This document shows, piece after piece, positions 63,796 through 64,000 of a DNA stretch of 64,000 nt (position 1 is the stretch's first letter; the number at the start of each line of letters is the position of its first letter). The stretch comes from Chiloscyllium plagiosum. Its lineage: Eukaryota. The stretch covers positions 103,811,179-103,875,178 of the forward strand of contig NC_057717.1 of NCBI RefSeq assembly GCF_004010195.1, written 5' to 3'. The position numbers and the translations under genes are program-made. The notes under the pieces were generated by a model. That model made no database searches, was not told where the DNA came from, and saw only the letters and a list, made by a program, of their open reading frames with translations.

Positions 63796-64000
63796 TCACT
63801 CTCTGTTCCGAGCCTCACTCTCTGTTCCTAGCCTCACTCTCTGTTCTGAGCCTCACTGTCTGTTCCTAGCCTCACTCTCTGTTCCGAGCCTCACTCTCTA
63901 TTCCGAGCCTCACTGTCTGTTCCTAGCCTCACTCTCTGTTCCTAGCCTCACTCTCTGTTCCGAGCCTCACTGTCTGTTCGTAGCCTCACTCTCTGTTCCT
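63796..64000. repeat. 19-bp minisatellite (AGCCTCACTCTCTGTTCC[T/G]), >10 copies, runs off the window end
   Basis: Period measured 63811->63830. Confidence 0.95.

Overview
Eukaryotic, repeat-rich genomic DNA, most likely from a cartilaginous fish (shark), inferred from many HE1/V-SINE copies, CR1/HER1-type LINEs, DeuSINEs and Penelope-like elements. There are three assembly gaps (8083-8595, 25493-25952, 46721-46789). The main gene is a minus-strand multi-exon RasGAP of the SYNGAP1/DAB2IP/RASAL2/RASAL3 family, best matching RASAL3. Eleven phase-consistent exons from 25120 down to 4222 encode the end of the PH domain, C2, RasGAP and coiled coil. Two further upstream exons lie at 32554-32624 and 35920-36097, and a candidate first exon/promoter lies at about 55.8-56.2 kb. 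Unexpectedly, two intact plus-strand exons of a clade-B fibrillar collagen (COL5A3/COL11-type TSPN domain) lie at 27553-27766 and 29927-30089, apparently inside the RASAL3 transcription unit. Other notable signals: hammerhead-ribozyme cores in Penelope-like elements and in a family of short, often palindromic derivatives; a ~680-bp inverted duplication inserted into a SINE at GGAAAC microhomologies; a 52-bp minisatellite derived from a CR1 coding motif; and antisense SINE-in-SINE nestings. All homology calls come from recalled family motifs, not from database searches. Repeat boundaries are approximate.
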